Assembly: GCF_013167455.1 (NCBI RefSeq)
Contig: NZ_CP038328.1
Source: Escherichia coli O157:H7
GTDB lineage: Bacteria > Pseudomonadota > Gammaproteobacteria > Enterobacterales > Enterobacteriaceae
Strand: one strand, 5' to 3'
DNA length: 64,000 nt
Below are positions 11,056 to 21,016 of the stretch, in pieces. The stretch's first letter is position 1, and each line of letters starts with the position of its first letter. Position numbers and translations under genes: made by a program. The notes below the pieces were generated by a model, which worked only from the letters and a program-made list of their open reading frames with translations, had not been told where the DNA came from and ran no database searches.

Positions 11056-11784
11056 ATGAGTATTCAATTAAACGGCATTAATTGCTTCTACGGCGCGCAT
11101 CAGGCGCTGTTCGATATCACGCTGGATTGCCCACAGGGCGAAACGCTGGTGTTACTTGGCCCCAGCGGCGCGGGTAAAAGCTCGCTGCTGCGTGTACTCA
11201 ATCTGCTTGAGATGCCGCGCTCCGGTACGCTCAACATTGCAGGCAACCATTTCGATTTCACCAAAACACCCTCAGACAAAGCGATTCGCGATTTGCGTCG
11301 TAACGTTGGCATGGTGTTTCAGCAATACAACCTGTGGCCGCATCTGACCGTGCAGCAAAACCTGATTGAAGCGCCCTGCCGTGTACTGGGGTTGAGTAAA
11401 GATCAGGCGCTGGCCCGTGCAGAAAAACTGCTGGAACGTCTGCGTCTCAAACCTTATAGCGATCGTTACCCGCTGCATCTTTCTGGTGGTCAGCAGCAGC
11501 GTGTTGCTATTGCCCGTGCGTTAATGATGGAACCGCAGGTACTGCTGTTTGATGAACCGACCGCCGCACTGGACCCGGAAATTACGGCACAAATCGTCAG
11601 CATCATTCGTGAGCTGGCAGAAACGAATATTACCCAGGTGATCGTCACCCACGAAGTTGAAGTGGCGCGTAAAACCGCCAGCCGAGTGGTGTATATGGAA
11701 AACGGTCATATCGTAGAACAAGGCGACGCGAGCTGCTTTACCGAGCCGCAAACCGAAGCATTTAAAAACTATCTCTCTCACTAA
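11056..11784 (+). CDS. artP: Arginine ABC transporter ATP-binding protein
   Basis: Walker [10 protein letters not shown], signature LSGGQQQR, Walker B LLFDEP; 242 aa from the internal Met (MSIQLNG...). Confidence 0.92.
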
Positions 11785-11801
11785 GATTCGGGATAACAAC
11801 A

Positions 11802-12533
11802 ATGAAAAAAGTTCTGATTGCCGCGTTAATTGCAGGTTTTAGTCTTTCCGCCACAGCTGCCGAAACCATTCGTTTTGCTACCGAAGCCTCCTATCCTCCG
11901 TTTGAATCGATTGATGCAAACAACCAGATCGTTGGTTTTGACGTCGACCTGGCACAGGCGCTGTGTAAAGAGATTGATGCGACCTGTACTTTCTCTAACC
12001 AGGCATTTGACAGCCTGATCCCAAGCCTGAAATTCCGTCGCGTGGAAGCGGTGATGGCCGGGATGGATATCACCGCGGAACGTGAAAAGCAGGTACTGTT
12101 TACCACGCCGTACTATGACAACTCTGCCCTGTTTGTGGGTCAGCAGGGTAAATACACCAGCGTTGATCAGCTGAAAGGCAAAAAAGTCGGCGTACAGAAT
12201 GGTACGACTCACCAGAAATTCATTATGGATAAGCACCCGGAAATCACCACCGTGCCGTATGACAGCTACCAGAACGCAAAACTGGATCTGCAAAACGGTC
12301 GTATCGACAGCGTATTTGGTGACACCGCAGTGGTAACTGAATGGCTGAAAGATAACCCGAAACTGGCGGCAGTGGGCGATAAAGTGACCGATAAAGATTA
12401 CTTCGGTACTGGCCTCGGCATCGCGGTACGTCAGGGCAACACTGAGCTGCAGCAGAAACTCAACACTGCGCTGGAAAAAGTGAAGAAAGATGGCACTTAC
12501 GAAACCATCTACAACAAATGGTTCCAGAAGTAA
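11802..12533 (+). CDS. artI: Arginine-binding periplasmic protein 1
   Basis: 243-aa solute-binding protein with signal peptide; paralogous to the artJ product downstream. Confidence 0.9.
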   Translation: MKKVLIAALIAGFSLSATAAETIRFATEASYPPFESIDANNQIVGFDVDLAQALCKEIDATCTFSNQAFDSLIPSLKFRRVEAVMAGMDITAEREKQVLFTTPYYDNSALFVGQQGKYTSVDQLKGKKVGVQNGTTHQKFIMDKHPEITTVPYDSYQNAKLDLQNGRIDSVFGDTAVVTEWLKDNPKLAAVGDKVTDKDYFGTGLGIAVRQGNTELQQKLNTALEKVKKDGTYETIYNKWFQK

Positions 12534-12539
12534 TTCCTG

Positions 12540-13256
12540 ATGAATGAATTTTTTCCTTTAGCAAGCGCCGCCGGGATGACCGTCGGCCTTGCCGTTTGTG
12601 CATTGATTGTCGGGCTGGCGCTGGCGATGTTCTTTGCGGTATGGGAGTCTGCGAAATGGCGTCCTGTCGCGTGGGCAGGTTCAGCGCTGGTAACCATTCT
12701 GCGTGGCCTGCCAGAAATTCTGGTGGTGCTGTTTATCTATTTTGGCTCCTCGCAGCTGCTGCTGACACTTTCGGATGGCTTCACTATCAATCTTGGGATT
12801 GTAGAGATCCCGGTGCAGATGCAGATTGAAAACTTCGACGTTAGCCCGTTCCTTTGTGGTGTCATCGCTCTGTCACTGCTGTATGCCGCCTATGCCTCGC
12901 AAACGCTGCGCGGCGCGTTGAAAGCGGTGCCGATGGGTCAGTGGGAATCCGGCCAGGCGCTGGGGCTGTCGAAATCGGCTATCTTTTTCCGTCTGGTGAT
13001 GCCGCAGATGTGGCGTCATGCGCTGCCTGGCCTCGGTAATCAGTGGCTGGTGCTGCTGAAAGATACCGCGCTGGTCAGTTTGATTAGTGTGAATGATTTA
13101 ATGCTGCAAACCAAAAGCATCGCTACTCGTACCCAGGAACCATTTACCTGGTACATTGTGGCGGCGGCGATTTACCTGGTGATCACCCTGCTCAGTCAGT
13201 ACATTCTCAAACGCATTGACCTGCGCGCGACACGTTTTGAGCGGAGGCCCAGCTAA
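12540..13256 (+). CDS. artQ: Arginine ABC transporter permease
   Basis: 238-aa polar amino-acid permease with multiple TM segments; position within art operon. Confidence 0.9.
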   Translation: MNEFFPLASAAGMTVGLAVCALIVGLALAMFFAVWESAKWRPVAWAGSALVTILRGLPEILVVLFIYFGSSQLLLTLSDGFTINLGIVEIPVQMQIENFDVSPFLCGVIALSLLYAAYASQTLRGALKAVPMGQWESGQALGLSKSAIFFRLVMPQMWRHALPGLGNQWLVLLKDTALVSLISVNDLMLQTKSIATRTQEPFTWYIVAAAIYLVITLLSQYILKRIDLRATRFERRPS

Positions 13257-13924
13257 TGTTTGAGTATTTACCCGAACTGATGAAAGGGCTGCACACCAGC
13301 CTGACGCTAACCGTTGCCTCGCTGATTGTGGCACTGATTCTGGCGTTGATTTTTACCATCATCCTGACGCTGAAAACGCCGGTGCTGGTGTGGCTGGTGC
13401 GGGGTTATATCACGCTGTTTACCGGTACACCGCTGCTGGTGCAGATCTTCCTGATTTATTACGGGCCGGGTCAGTTCCCGACGTTGCAGGAGTATCCGGC
13501 ACTGTGGCATTTGTTGTCAGAACCGTGGTTATGTGCGCTGATTGCGTTGTCGCTGAACAGTGCGGCGTATACCACGCAGCTGTTTTACGGTGCAATTCGT
13601 GCGATCCCGGAAGGTCAGTGGCAGTCCTGTAGCGCCCTGGGAATGAGCAAAAAAGATACGCTGGCGATCCTGCTGCCGTATGCCTTTAAACGCTCGCTCT
13701 CTTCTTATTCCAACGAAGTGGTGCTGGTGTTCAAAAGTACCTCTCTGGCTTACACCATTACGCTGATGGAAGTGATGGGATACAGCCAGTTGTTGTACGG
13801 ACGCACCTACGATGTCATGGTGTTCGGCGCGGCAGGGATTATTTATCTGGTCGTTAACGGCCTGCTGACGCTGATGATGCGTCTGATCGAGCGCAAAGCG
13901 CTGGCGTTTGAGCGAAGGAATTAA
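13256..13924 (+). CDS. artM: Arginine ABC transporter permease
   Basis: 222-aa permease, start overlaps artQ stop; art operon synteny. Confidence 0.9.
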   Translation: MFEYLPELMKGLHTSLTLTVASLIVALILALIFTIILTLKTPVLVWLVRGYITLFTGTPLLVQIFLIYYGPGQFPTLQEYPALWHLLSEPWLCALIALSLNSAAYTTQLFYGAIRAIPEGQWQSCSALGMSKKDTLAILLPYAFKRSLSSYSNEVVLVFKSTSLAYTITLMEVMGYSQLLYGRTYDVMVFGAAGIIYLVVNGLLTLMMRLIERKALAFERRN

Positions 13925-13953
13925 TGTGGCTGCGTACATTCGCCGGGGGTTTT

Positions 13954-14044
13954 GTAGGTCTGATAAGACGCGCCAGCGTCGCATCAGACATCAGCACGGT
14001 GCCTGTGCCGGATGCGGCGTGGACGCCTTATCCGGCCTACATAG
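13954..14044. repeat. REP/BIME element (two inverted REP palindromes)
   Basis: gtaggtctgataagacgcgccagcgtcgcatcagac and gccggatgcggcgtggacgccttatccggcctac match the E. coli REP family. Confidence 0.8.
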
Positions 14045-14062
14045 TGCATAAATTCTTATAAT

Positions 14063-14100
14063 AAAGACGGACAACTCACTAAGTTGTCCGTCTTTTTTTA
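14063..14100 (+). terminator. Rho-independent terminator after artPIQM
   Basis: aagacggacaact...agttgtccgtctt stem followed by tttttttt. Confidence 0.7.
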
Positions 14101-14104
14101 TTTC

Positions 14105-14145
14105 ATGCAAATTATTTAATCATATTTATTGCATATAAATTCACT
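14105..14145 (+). promoter_or_regulatory. Putative tandem ARG boxes (ArgR operator) in the artJ promoter
   Basis: atgcaaattatttaatca and attgcatataaattcact resemble the ARG-box consensus tnTGAATwwwwATTCAnw; artJ is a known ArgR target. Confidence 0.5.
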
Positions 14146-14214
14146 TGATGGCATTGTTATCCCATGCCGCAGACACGGCCAATAATCATAAGATTGACAG
14201 ACGGGAGTTCCATC

Positions 14215-14946
14215 ATGAAAAAGTTAGTTCTTGCCGCATTACTGGCATCCTGTGCGTTCGGCGCTTCTGCCGCAGAGAAAATCAATTTTGGCGTATCAGC
14301 GACCTATCCGCCGTTCGAGTCGATGGATGCCAATAACCAGATCGTCGGCTTTGATATCGACCTAGCAAAAGCGTTATGCAAACAGATGCAGGCAGAATGT
14401 ACTTTTACCAATCACGCGTTCGACAGCCTGATCCCGTCACTGAAATTCAGGAAATATGACGCCGTAATCTCCGGTATGGATATCACACCAGATCGTAGCA
14501 AGCAGGTATCGTTCACCACGCCCTATTACGAAAACTCAGCCGTCGTGATTGCCAAAAAAGATACCTACAAAACGTTTGCCGACCTGAAAGGCAAACGCAT
14601 TGGGATGGAAAACGGTACTACGCACCAGAAATATATTCAGGATCAGCACCCGGAAGTGAAAACGGTCTCCTATGACAGTTATCAAAATGCCTTTATCGAT
14701 CTGAAAAATAGCCGTATTGATGGCGTATTTGGTGACACTGCGGTGGTTAATGAATGGCTGAAAACCAATCCGCAACTGGGCGTTGCTACTGAAAAAGTGA
14801 CCGATCCGCAATACTTTGGCACCGGTCTGGGTATCGCTGTACGTCCGGATAACAAAGCTCTGCTGGAAAAACTGAATAACGCGCTGGCAGCAATTAAAGC
14901 TGACGGTACATATCAACAAATCAGCGATCAGTGGTTCCCGCAATAA
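14215..14946 (+). CDS. artJ: Arginine-binding periplasmic protein 2
   Basis: MKKLVLAALLASCAFGASAA signal peptide, 243 aa, paralogue of ArtI. Confidence 0.92.
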   Translation: MKKLVLAALLASCAFGASAAEKINFGVSATYPPFESMDANNQIVGFDIDLAKALCKQMQAECTFTNHAFDSLIPSLKFRKYDAVISGMDITPDRSKQVSFTTPYYENSAVVIAKKDTYKTFADLKGKRIGMENGTTHQKYIQDQHPEVKTVSYDSYQNAFIDLKNSRIDGVFGDTAVVNEWLKTNPQLGVATEKVTDPQYFGTGLGIAVRPDNKALLEKLNNALAAIKADGTYQQISDQWFPQ

Positions 14947-14956
14947 TTATTCATTT

Positions 14957-14985
14957 GCCGGAGTGGGCGAACACCCACTCCGGCA
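14957..14985. terminator. Bidirectional hairpin between artJ and the sulfatase gene
   Basis: ccggagtggg-cgaaca-cccactccgg perfect 10-bp stem between convergent genes. Confidence 0.5.
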
Positions 14986-14996
14986 AAATCACTTCT

Positions 14997-16478
14997 CTAC
15001 GCTAATCCCAGGCGCTGAAACTGCTCTGGCGGCGCATCATTATCTTTCATCAACTGAATCAGCAACGCGATCATCCGGGACTCGATCACATCATCATGAA
15101 TCGGATGTAGCTGCTGCGGATCGTTTTGCAGATCAAACAGCAAATGACCAAACTGATTCAACCCCTTATATTTTTCCTGTGCCGGGATGCGTAATACCTG
15201 TAACCCTTTGGTAAAACGAAACGGTGGGGCCAGCGATAAAGCCCGCATCTCATCCACCGGATAGCGGCTGTTCATTTTGCAGGACATCAACGTGTAGTTG
15301 GCAATATCATCCTCACGCCCCGGCAGCGCTGCACGCATATACACATAACGCCCATCAGTTACGTTAGCATGACCACTGAAAACACCAAACATCGCCGAGC
15401 TGCGTACTGGTTCATCGTGACTGACCGTTTTCGCCAGCGGTTGCCCCTGCACATCGGGCGGCACTGGCTGTTGAAAAAAGTCATACAACGTTGGCGCCCA
15501 GTCGATCATTTGTACCAGTGCCTGTCGCCGCTCTCCTTTTACACCACTGCGCGGGTTCCAGATAAACAACGGATTATTGGCAACTTCGTTGTAATAAGGC
15601 ATCTGGTTTTTCGCCCACCAGCCATGCTCACCGAGTAAAAAGCCGTGGTCAGTGCCGACAATCAGCATGGTATCTCGCCACAGATCGTGCTCATCCATCA
15701 GGTCGAGAATGCGCCCCAGGTTGCGATCGCACATCGACACCAGCGAACGATACCGGCAACGGATGTGCTCCACGGCCTCGTCGCTTTCCTGCACCCGGCC
15801 ACGCGGCCAGTCATAATGCGGTCCATCCCAGTTATCTTCATACAAGGAAAGATACTCTTCCGTTGTGTGAAACGGCTCGTGCGGATCAAACGTTTCGATC
15901 TGCAATAACCAGTTATCTTCCGCGTGATTTTTGTGGATAAAGGCACAGCCTGCATCAAACACTTTAGTTTGTGGAAAATCCGCTTCCTGCTGAATATATT
16001 CCCGGTTTGCCCAGTCATGGCGCCACAGACCAGAAACACCGCCACCGGTCTGCTTTTGCGGCACCCGTAGCACCTCGGGAATAGGCGGTTGCGCAACGCT
16101 TGCATGCCAGTGATCGCCTTCCTGTCCGCGCACAATCTCCCACGAACTGTAGCGATTATGATAATTCCCGCCGCCATCTTCCCAGTAATGCAAATGATCG
16201 CTTATCAGGTGGGTATAGATCCCCGCCTTTTTAAGCAGCTCCGGCATGGAATCGTCAAACGGTTCTAACGGCCCCCACTCCCGATGCAGGAAGTTACATC
16301 GCCCGGTATGCAACTCCCGCCGGGCAGGCATACACGGCATACTGCCGACGTAACTGTTTTCAAAGGTGGCGGCATGAGCCGCCAGACGTTGGAAATTAGG
16401 CGCTTTGGTTAACGCATCGCCATAAGGTGGCAGATAACGTTTATTCAGACTATCGAACAGCAGAATAATCGCTCTCAT
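14997..16478 (-). CDS. Cys-type sulfatase (formylglycine-dependent), no signal peptide, predicted cytoplasmic
   Basis: 493-aa ORF with the sulfatase signature C-x-P-x-R...TGR (SMPCMPARRELHTGR) near the N-terminus; N-terminus MRAIILLFDSLNKRY lacks a signal sequence; absent from this position in K-12. Confidence 0.8.
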   Translation of the reverse strand: MRAIILLFDSLNKRYLPPYGDALTKAPNFQRLAAHAATFENSYVGSMPCMPARRELHTGRCNFLHREWGPLEPFDDSMPELLKKAGIYTHLISDHLHYWEDGGGNYHNRYSSWEIVRGQEGDHWHASVAQPPIPEVLRVPQKQTGGGVSGLWRHDWANREYIQQEADFPQTKVFDAGCAFIHKNHAEDNWLLQIETFDPHEPFHTTEEYLSLYEDNWDGPHYDWPRGRVQESDEAVEHIRCRYRSLVSMCDRNLGRILDLMDEHDLWRDTMLIVGTDHGFLLGEHGWWAKNQMPYYNEVANNPLFIWNPRSGVKGERRQALVQMIDWAPTLYDFFQQPVPPDVQGQPLAKTVSHDEPVRSSAMFGVFSGHANVTDGRYVYMRAALPGREDDIANYTLMSCKMNSRYPVDEMRALSLAPPFRFTKGLQVLRIPAQEKYKGLNQFGHLLFDLQNDPQQLHPIHDDVIESRMIALLIQLMKDNDAPPEQFQRLGLA

Positions 16479-16489
16479 TACGCCCTACC

Positions 16490-16810
16490 TTATTGATTAA
16501 TTAAATGCGGAAAATGTTGCTGAACCACTTCATAAATTTGCTGACCAATAGTTTCACCGTCCATAATATTCTCTATCGGAATCAAATATTGCCCTTGTTT
16601 CGGGTCAAGACTAACCACATCGAGTAATTTTTTGGAAATAGCAAAAATATCCGCCCAGTCGGTAAATCCGCCGACTTCACCTGCGGCGGTATGTTCCATT
16701 TCAACTTTGAAATCATATTTGGTCAGCGCTTTTTTAACGACCGTTTGTAACATAACGCTACTGCCTACACCGTAACCACAGACAAACAGAATATTAATTG
16801 TATCTTTCAT
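16490..16810 (-). CDS. PTS EIIB component (ascorbate/SgaB-UlaB-like family)
   Basis: 106-aa protein with N-terminal ILFVCGYGVGSS phospho-Cys loop typical of UlaB/SgaB-type IIB. Confidence 0.7.
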   Translation of the reverse strand: MKDTINILFVCGYGVGSSVMLQTVVKKALTKYDFKVEMEHTAAGEVGGFTDWADIFAISKKLLDVVSLDPKQGQYLIPIENIMDGETIGQQIYEVVQQHFPHLINQ

Positions 16811-16831
16811 TTTTAAACCCTTAATATTTAA

Positions 16832-18175
16832 TTAACCCGCGTAAGGACCAAGATGGAATGTTGCAGCGATAAATTTCAGAACTTCACAAATAGCAGGCCA
16901 TACGGTTGCCCAGTCAAATATTCCTGTCCAGCCGACGCCATTTTCAGCAAGCCCGGTTAACGGAATAGCCCACACCGTACCGAAGGTCTGAATAATACCC
17001 AGCAAGAACGTACAGATAATTACGGAACGGTATCCGCCCATGCGGTTTGCTAATACGCCAATTGGACCGCCAGAGAAAAACAGAGGTACAAAGCCAGGCA
17101 ATACCATAATTGGGCTGTGAACCAGTAATAAGATCCCCATCGAAAAAATGGTGCCAAAAGTACAGAAGACGAAGCCTAACGTTGCGGCATTGGGTGAAAA
17201 AGGTAACAGCGCTGCAACATCGACAGCAGGAATAGCGTTAGGAATAAAGCGATCTTGCCAGCCTTTAAACGAACCGTTAATTTCGCCCACCATCATGCGC
17301 ACACCCTGCAGCAGAATGACCATATACATGGAGAACTGTAAGCCAAGGTTGATGATATAGATGTACCAGGGCTTGCCTTTCGCCATTAACTGGACATTAT
17401 CGATACCCGTTGATAGCAAGAAACCACCGACAAACAGCGTCATCACAATGGCGATAGCCGTTACGTTATGGTTAAAAATCGCCAGCCACCCGGGAAGTTT
17501 CAGGTTTTCAGCATCGTGCTTTTCAGGGTCACCAAATTTATGGGCGAATTTGGAGAAAAACCACAATCCCAACATCTGGTTATGAGCAATGGTAAAACCG
17601 GCATCTTTGGTAACTTTGGCAATGGGCTTAACAATGAGCGTGGTGGAGAACGCCCAGAATACACCCGTTAATATTCCGGCAATAATAATGGATGTAGTCC
17701 AGCTAAAACCCAGCCAAAAGACAATCAACCATAATACCGCCTGAGAATGTGAAACACCGGTATTCCCTGTCAAAAATATCCCTTTGGCACCAGTATACCG
17801 ACCAAATAATACCAGCAGCAGGTTGGTAAAAAACGCCAGTACAAATACATACCCGACATAACCAAAATTATCCCCCAATGCAATTTGCGTTGCCGCTTTC
17901 ATTGCGTAGGAATCCATTAAATATCCGTGAACACCATAGGCTTTACTTACGGCTTCTGCTACCGGTTTAAATGTTGCGGAAAACTGGAAACCACCAAATA
18001 ACACCATCATTAATCCCACCATGGCGCTGACCATGCCGGTAATAATTTTTATTGGCGATTTCTTATCAAGGGCATAACCAATACCCACCAGCAAACCAAT
18101 TAAAATTGCCGGTTCAGTTAAAAACGTTTGAATAACATCTATGAATTTGGCAAACATCGTCGGAACGCCCTCCAT
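16832..18175 (-). CDS. PTS EIIC permease (ascorbate/SgaT-UlaA-like family)
   Basis: 447-aa polytopic membrane protein adjacent to the IIB gene; start may be the Met 18 nt downstream (MFAKFIDV...). Confidence 0.7.
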   Translation of the reverse strand: MEGVPTMFAKFIDVIQTFLTEPAILIGLLVGIGYALDKKSPIKIITGMVSAMVGLMMVLFGGFQFSATFKPVAEAVSKAYGVHGYLMDSYAMKAATQIALGDNFGYVGYVFVLAFFTNLLLVLFGRYTGAKGIFLTGNTGVSHSQAVLWLIVFWLGFSWTTSIIIAGILTGVFWAFSTTLIVKPIAKVTKDAGFTIAHNQMLGLWFFSKFAHKFGDPEKHDAENLKLPGWLAIFNHNVTAIAIVMTLFVGGFLLSTGIDNVQLMAKGKPWYIYIINLGLQFSMYMVILLQGVRMMVGEINGSFKGWQDRFIPNAIPAVDVAALLPFSPNAATLGFVFCTFGTIFSMGILLLVHSPIMVLPGFVPLFFSGGPIGVLANRMGGYRSVIICTFLLGIIQTFGTVWAIPLTGLAENGVGWTGIFDWATVWPAICEVLKFIAATFHLGPYAG

Positions 18176-18361
18176 ACGCGTACATTTCCGTTGTCAATGC
18201 ATGAACCTTCTGCTGACGTTAATAATGTCTCAGGAAATTTTGTGTTTCGCTAAGCAATGCCTCTGTATGTATTCGGTAAGTGCACTGTAGTAATCAAAAC
18301 AGTTCAATTAAAGATCTTATTTGATTATTTGTGATTTGATTTGCAAAAATAGAGCAATATA

Positions 18362-18404
18362 TAACCGTGATCGATCGGTTATTATTAATCGATCGATCAC
18401 GATT
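18362..18404. promoter_or_regulatory. GATC-rich inverted repeat upstream of the PTS/sulfatase operon (candidate operator or Dam-sensitive site)
   Basis: aaccgtgatcgatcggtt-N7-aatcgatcgatcacgatt: two 18-bp arms (16/18 complementary), each with a GATCGATC core, i.e. four GATC sites within ~40 bp. Confidence 0.4.
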
Positions 18405-18454
18405 ATTATTTTGGATGGATGTATGCCGAGGTGATATTGATTTGAATGATGTAT

Positions 18455-19582
18455 TTACATTTTTACCAGCAGCGTCAGCACTTCATAGTGCGCGGTGTGC
18501 GGGAACATATCAAAAAGCTGTACCCGTTCGATGCGGTAACCTGGCAGTTCGCGGATATCTTTCGCCATGGTTTGGGCGTTACAGCTGGAGTAGATAATAA
18601 AACGCGGTGCCATCGTTGAGAGATAATCACACAGCGGTTTACCAATGCCGCGGCGCGGCGGGTTAACCAGCACCAGCTCCGGCACCTCCCCCTGAGCGGT
18701 GGCAAACTGAGTGGAGTCCAGCGCCTGAAATTGCAGACGCGTTAAGCCCAGTTCAGCGGCTGACTGCTTTGCACAGGCAATGGCCTCTAGCGCAATTTCG
18801 ATCCCGGTTAACTGCATGTCAGGCGTCGCGCAGTGTAAACCAAAGCCCCCCACACCGCAGAACAGATCCCACATATGTTTAACCGGCAGCTGTCGTACCC
18901 AGTCGCGCGCGGTAGCGTACAGCTGGCTGGCGACCGCCGGATTAGTCTGGAAGAAACTTTGCGGACGGATCCACAGCGGCACATCGTTAAAACGCTCTAC
19001 CAGCGCCTGTTGTTCGGTCAGGTAGATCTCCGTCTCCCCTTCCATAATCGCCATATGTACCGGCTGAATATTGACGGTGATAACTTTTAGCTGCGGCAAT
19101 TGTGCCTGTAACCACGGCAATGCCTTACGCAGTTGTGCTAGTTTGGTTTCAGAACGCAGTACAAAGCGCAGCATCATGCCGCCATCGCTCTGGCTTTCAG
19201 TCAGCAGAATGTATTTCAGTTCGCCACGCTTACGCGCCACGTTGTAGGGCGTTAACCCCGCTCGGGCGATAAACGGTTTTAGCGCCGCAAAAACGGGCGC
19301 AAATGAGGCAGGATAAAGCGGGCAGTCACAAAGGTCTTCCGGTGTGCCGTCGCGATGCAGCATACCGAGCAGTGGTTTTTCAACGCTACCACTCACCACC
19401 ATTTTGGCTTTATTACGAAACCCTTGTTCCGGGCCTGACACCGGCGCGCACCATTCCTCAACCGGAAAGTCGGCGAGCAGATTTTTAAGATCGGCGGTTT
19501 TAGCGGAGAGTTGCTCTGGAATCGGCTGCGTTATCCACTGACAGGAACGACAGCGACCCGCGTCGTAAAGTGCGCACTGCAT
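18455..19582 (-). CDS. rlmC: 23S rRNA (uracil747-C5)-methyltransferase
   Basis: 375-aa ORF with N-terminal Cys cluster (CxxxxxCxxC) and SAM-MTase domain; RumB/RlmC length. Confidence 0.9.
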   Translation of the reverse strand: MQCALYDAGRCRSCQWITQPIPEQLSAKTADLKNLLADFPVEEWCAPVSGPEQGFRNKAKMVVSGSVEKPLLGMLHRDGTPEDLCDCPLYPASFAPVFAALKPFIARAGLTPYNVARKRGELKYILLTESQSDGGMMLRFVLRSETKLAQLRKALPWLQAQLPQLKVITVNIQPVHMAIMEGETEIYLTEQQALVERFNDVPLWIRPQSFFQTNPAVASQLYATARDWVRQLPVKHMWDLFCGVGGFGLHCATPDMQLTGIEIALEAIACAKQSAAELGLTRLQFQALDSTQFATAQGEVPELVLVNPPRRGIGKPLCDYLSTMAPRFIIYSSCNAQTMAKDIRELPGYRIERVQLFDMFPHTAHYEVLTLLVKM

Positions 19583-19622
19583 ACATTGACCTTCACATCA
19601 TCAGGGGCGACGATTATACACA

Positions 19623-20111
19623 TTATTGCAACTGGAAGAACCGCCGACTGGTCGAGGGAACGAACAGCAGCATCAGGATGAGCATATCCGGCAGCTTCTG
19701 CAGCATCAGGCTATGGAAGATTTCACGTTTTGATTCACCGGGAATGCTGAACAGCTCCGGATAACCGTACCCCAGCGAAGCCGCCCACAAGTAACTTGCG
19801 GCAGTGATTTGTGTCAGCAGATACAGCCAGCGCGCCCAGCGACGCCCTTTCACCAGTGAAAACGCACACCAGATCTCAATGAAAACCAGCACCAGACTGC
19901 TTAAAAAGACCAGCGTTAAACTCCAGGTTTGTACGCTGCGATGAATGAACTCGCCAATACCGCGCACGCCCAGCGTATTGAAAATCATCAGCACGTCGAG
20001 GCCACGGATCATAATAATGGCGAGCGCCGCCACCTGCACAAGCGCAGGCACATTCAGGCGAGCATGAGATGAAGATGTTTTCTTAAAAAATCCCAACGTT
20101 TCGTCTTCCAT
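19623..20111 (-). CDS. ybjO: Inner-membrane protein YbjO
   Basis: 162-aa hydrophobic protein in conserved position upstream of potFGHI. Confidence 0.75.
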   Translation of the reverse strand: MEDETLGFFKKTSSSHARLNVPALVQVAALAIIMIRGLDVLMIFNTLGVRGIGEFIHRSVQTWSLTLVFLSSLVLVFIEIWCAFSLVKGRRWARWLYLLTQITAASYLWAASLGYGYPELFSIPGESKREIFHSLMLQKLPDMLILMLLFVPSTSRRFFQLQ

Positions 20112-20170
20112 GAAAACAATGCCGCGACATACGCGGCATTATGTAGCCAGGTTGGCAAATTTTAGTGTCT

Positions 20171-21016
20171 TCAGCCACGTCTTGCACACTGGATGTCGCG
20201 TATCCGCTGTTTTTCTGCGCGAGCCATCAGATACCAGGCGATAAATCCGACAATTCCGACCGCGCCGAGGATCAATGTTGCTAGGGCGTTGATTTCCGGA
20301 TTCACCCCCATCCGCACGCTGGAAAAGACCAGCATCGGTAACGTGGTGGCTCCCGGCCCGGATACAAAGCTGGCGATCACCAGATCATCAAGCGACAAAG
20401 TAAAAGCCAGTAACCAGCCAGAAATGACCGCGGGCATGATCATCGGTAGCGTAATGACGAAAAACACTTTCAGCGGCGTCGCACCGAGATCCATCGCTGC
20501 TTCTTCTATCGAGCGATCCAGTTCCCGAAGACGCGACGAAATAACGACTGCCACATAAGCCGTACAGAAAGTGACATGCGCCAGCCAGATGGTAAGCATA
20601 CCGCGGTCCGCAGGCCAGCCAATGGCATGAGCAAGCGCGACGAATAATAACAACAGCGACAAGCCCGTGATGACATCTGGCATTACCAGCGGCGCGGTGA
20701 TCATAAAGGCAAAGCCATTTGATCCGCGAAACCTGCCAAAGCGCACCAGCACCACCGCCGCAATAGTTCCGAGGATCGCCGCCGCCGTCGCCGCACAGGC
20801 CGCAATTGTCAGACTTAAACCAACCGCACTCATCATCGCGTCATCGCGCAATAATTCGCCATACCAGCGCGTTGACCAGCCGGCCCACACCGTCACCAGC
20901 TTCGAGCTGTTAAACGAATAGATAACCAGCATCAGCATTGGCGCGTAGAGAAAGGTGAAGCCCAACAGCAAAATCACAATCCGCCAGGGCGAACGAACTA
21001 CCGGTAAATTATTCAT
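20171..21016 (-). CDS. potI: Putrescine ABC transporter permease
   Basis: 281 aa from the internal Met (MNNLPVVRSP...), overlapping the potH stop; permease. Confidence 0.9.
   Translation of the reverse strand: MNNLPVVRSPWRIVILLLGFTFLYAPMLMLVIYSFNSSKLVTVWAGWSTRWYGELLRDDAMMSAVGLSLTIAACAATAAAILGTIAAVVLVRFGRFRGSNGFAFMITAPLVMPDVITGLSLLLLFVALAHAIGWPADRGMLTIWLAHVTFCTAYVAVVISSRLRELDRSIEEAAMDLGATPLKVFFVITLPMIMPAVISGWLLAFTLSLDDLVIASFVSGPGATTLPMLVFSSVRMGVNPEINALATLILGAVGIVGFIAWYLMARAEKQRIRDIQCARRG

Noticed and set aside
18367-18597. 76-aa ORF overlapping the GATC-rich inverted repeat and the rlmC 3' end
   Set aside because: Overlaps rlmC on the opposite strand and has no start context; the region is better explained as a regulatory or junction sequence.
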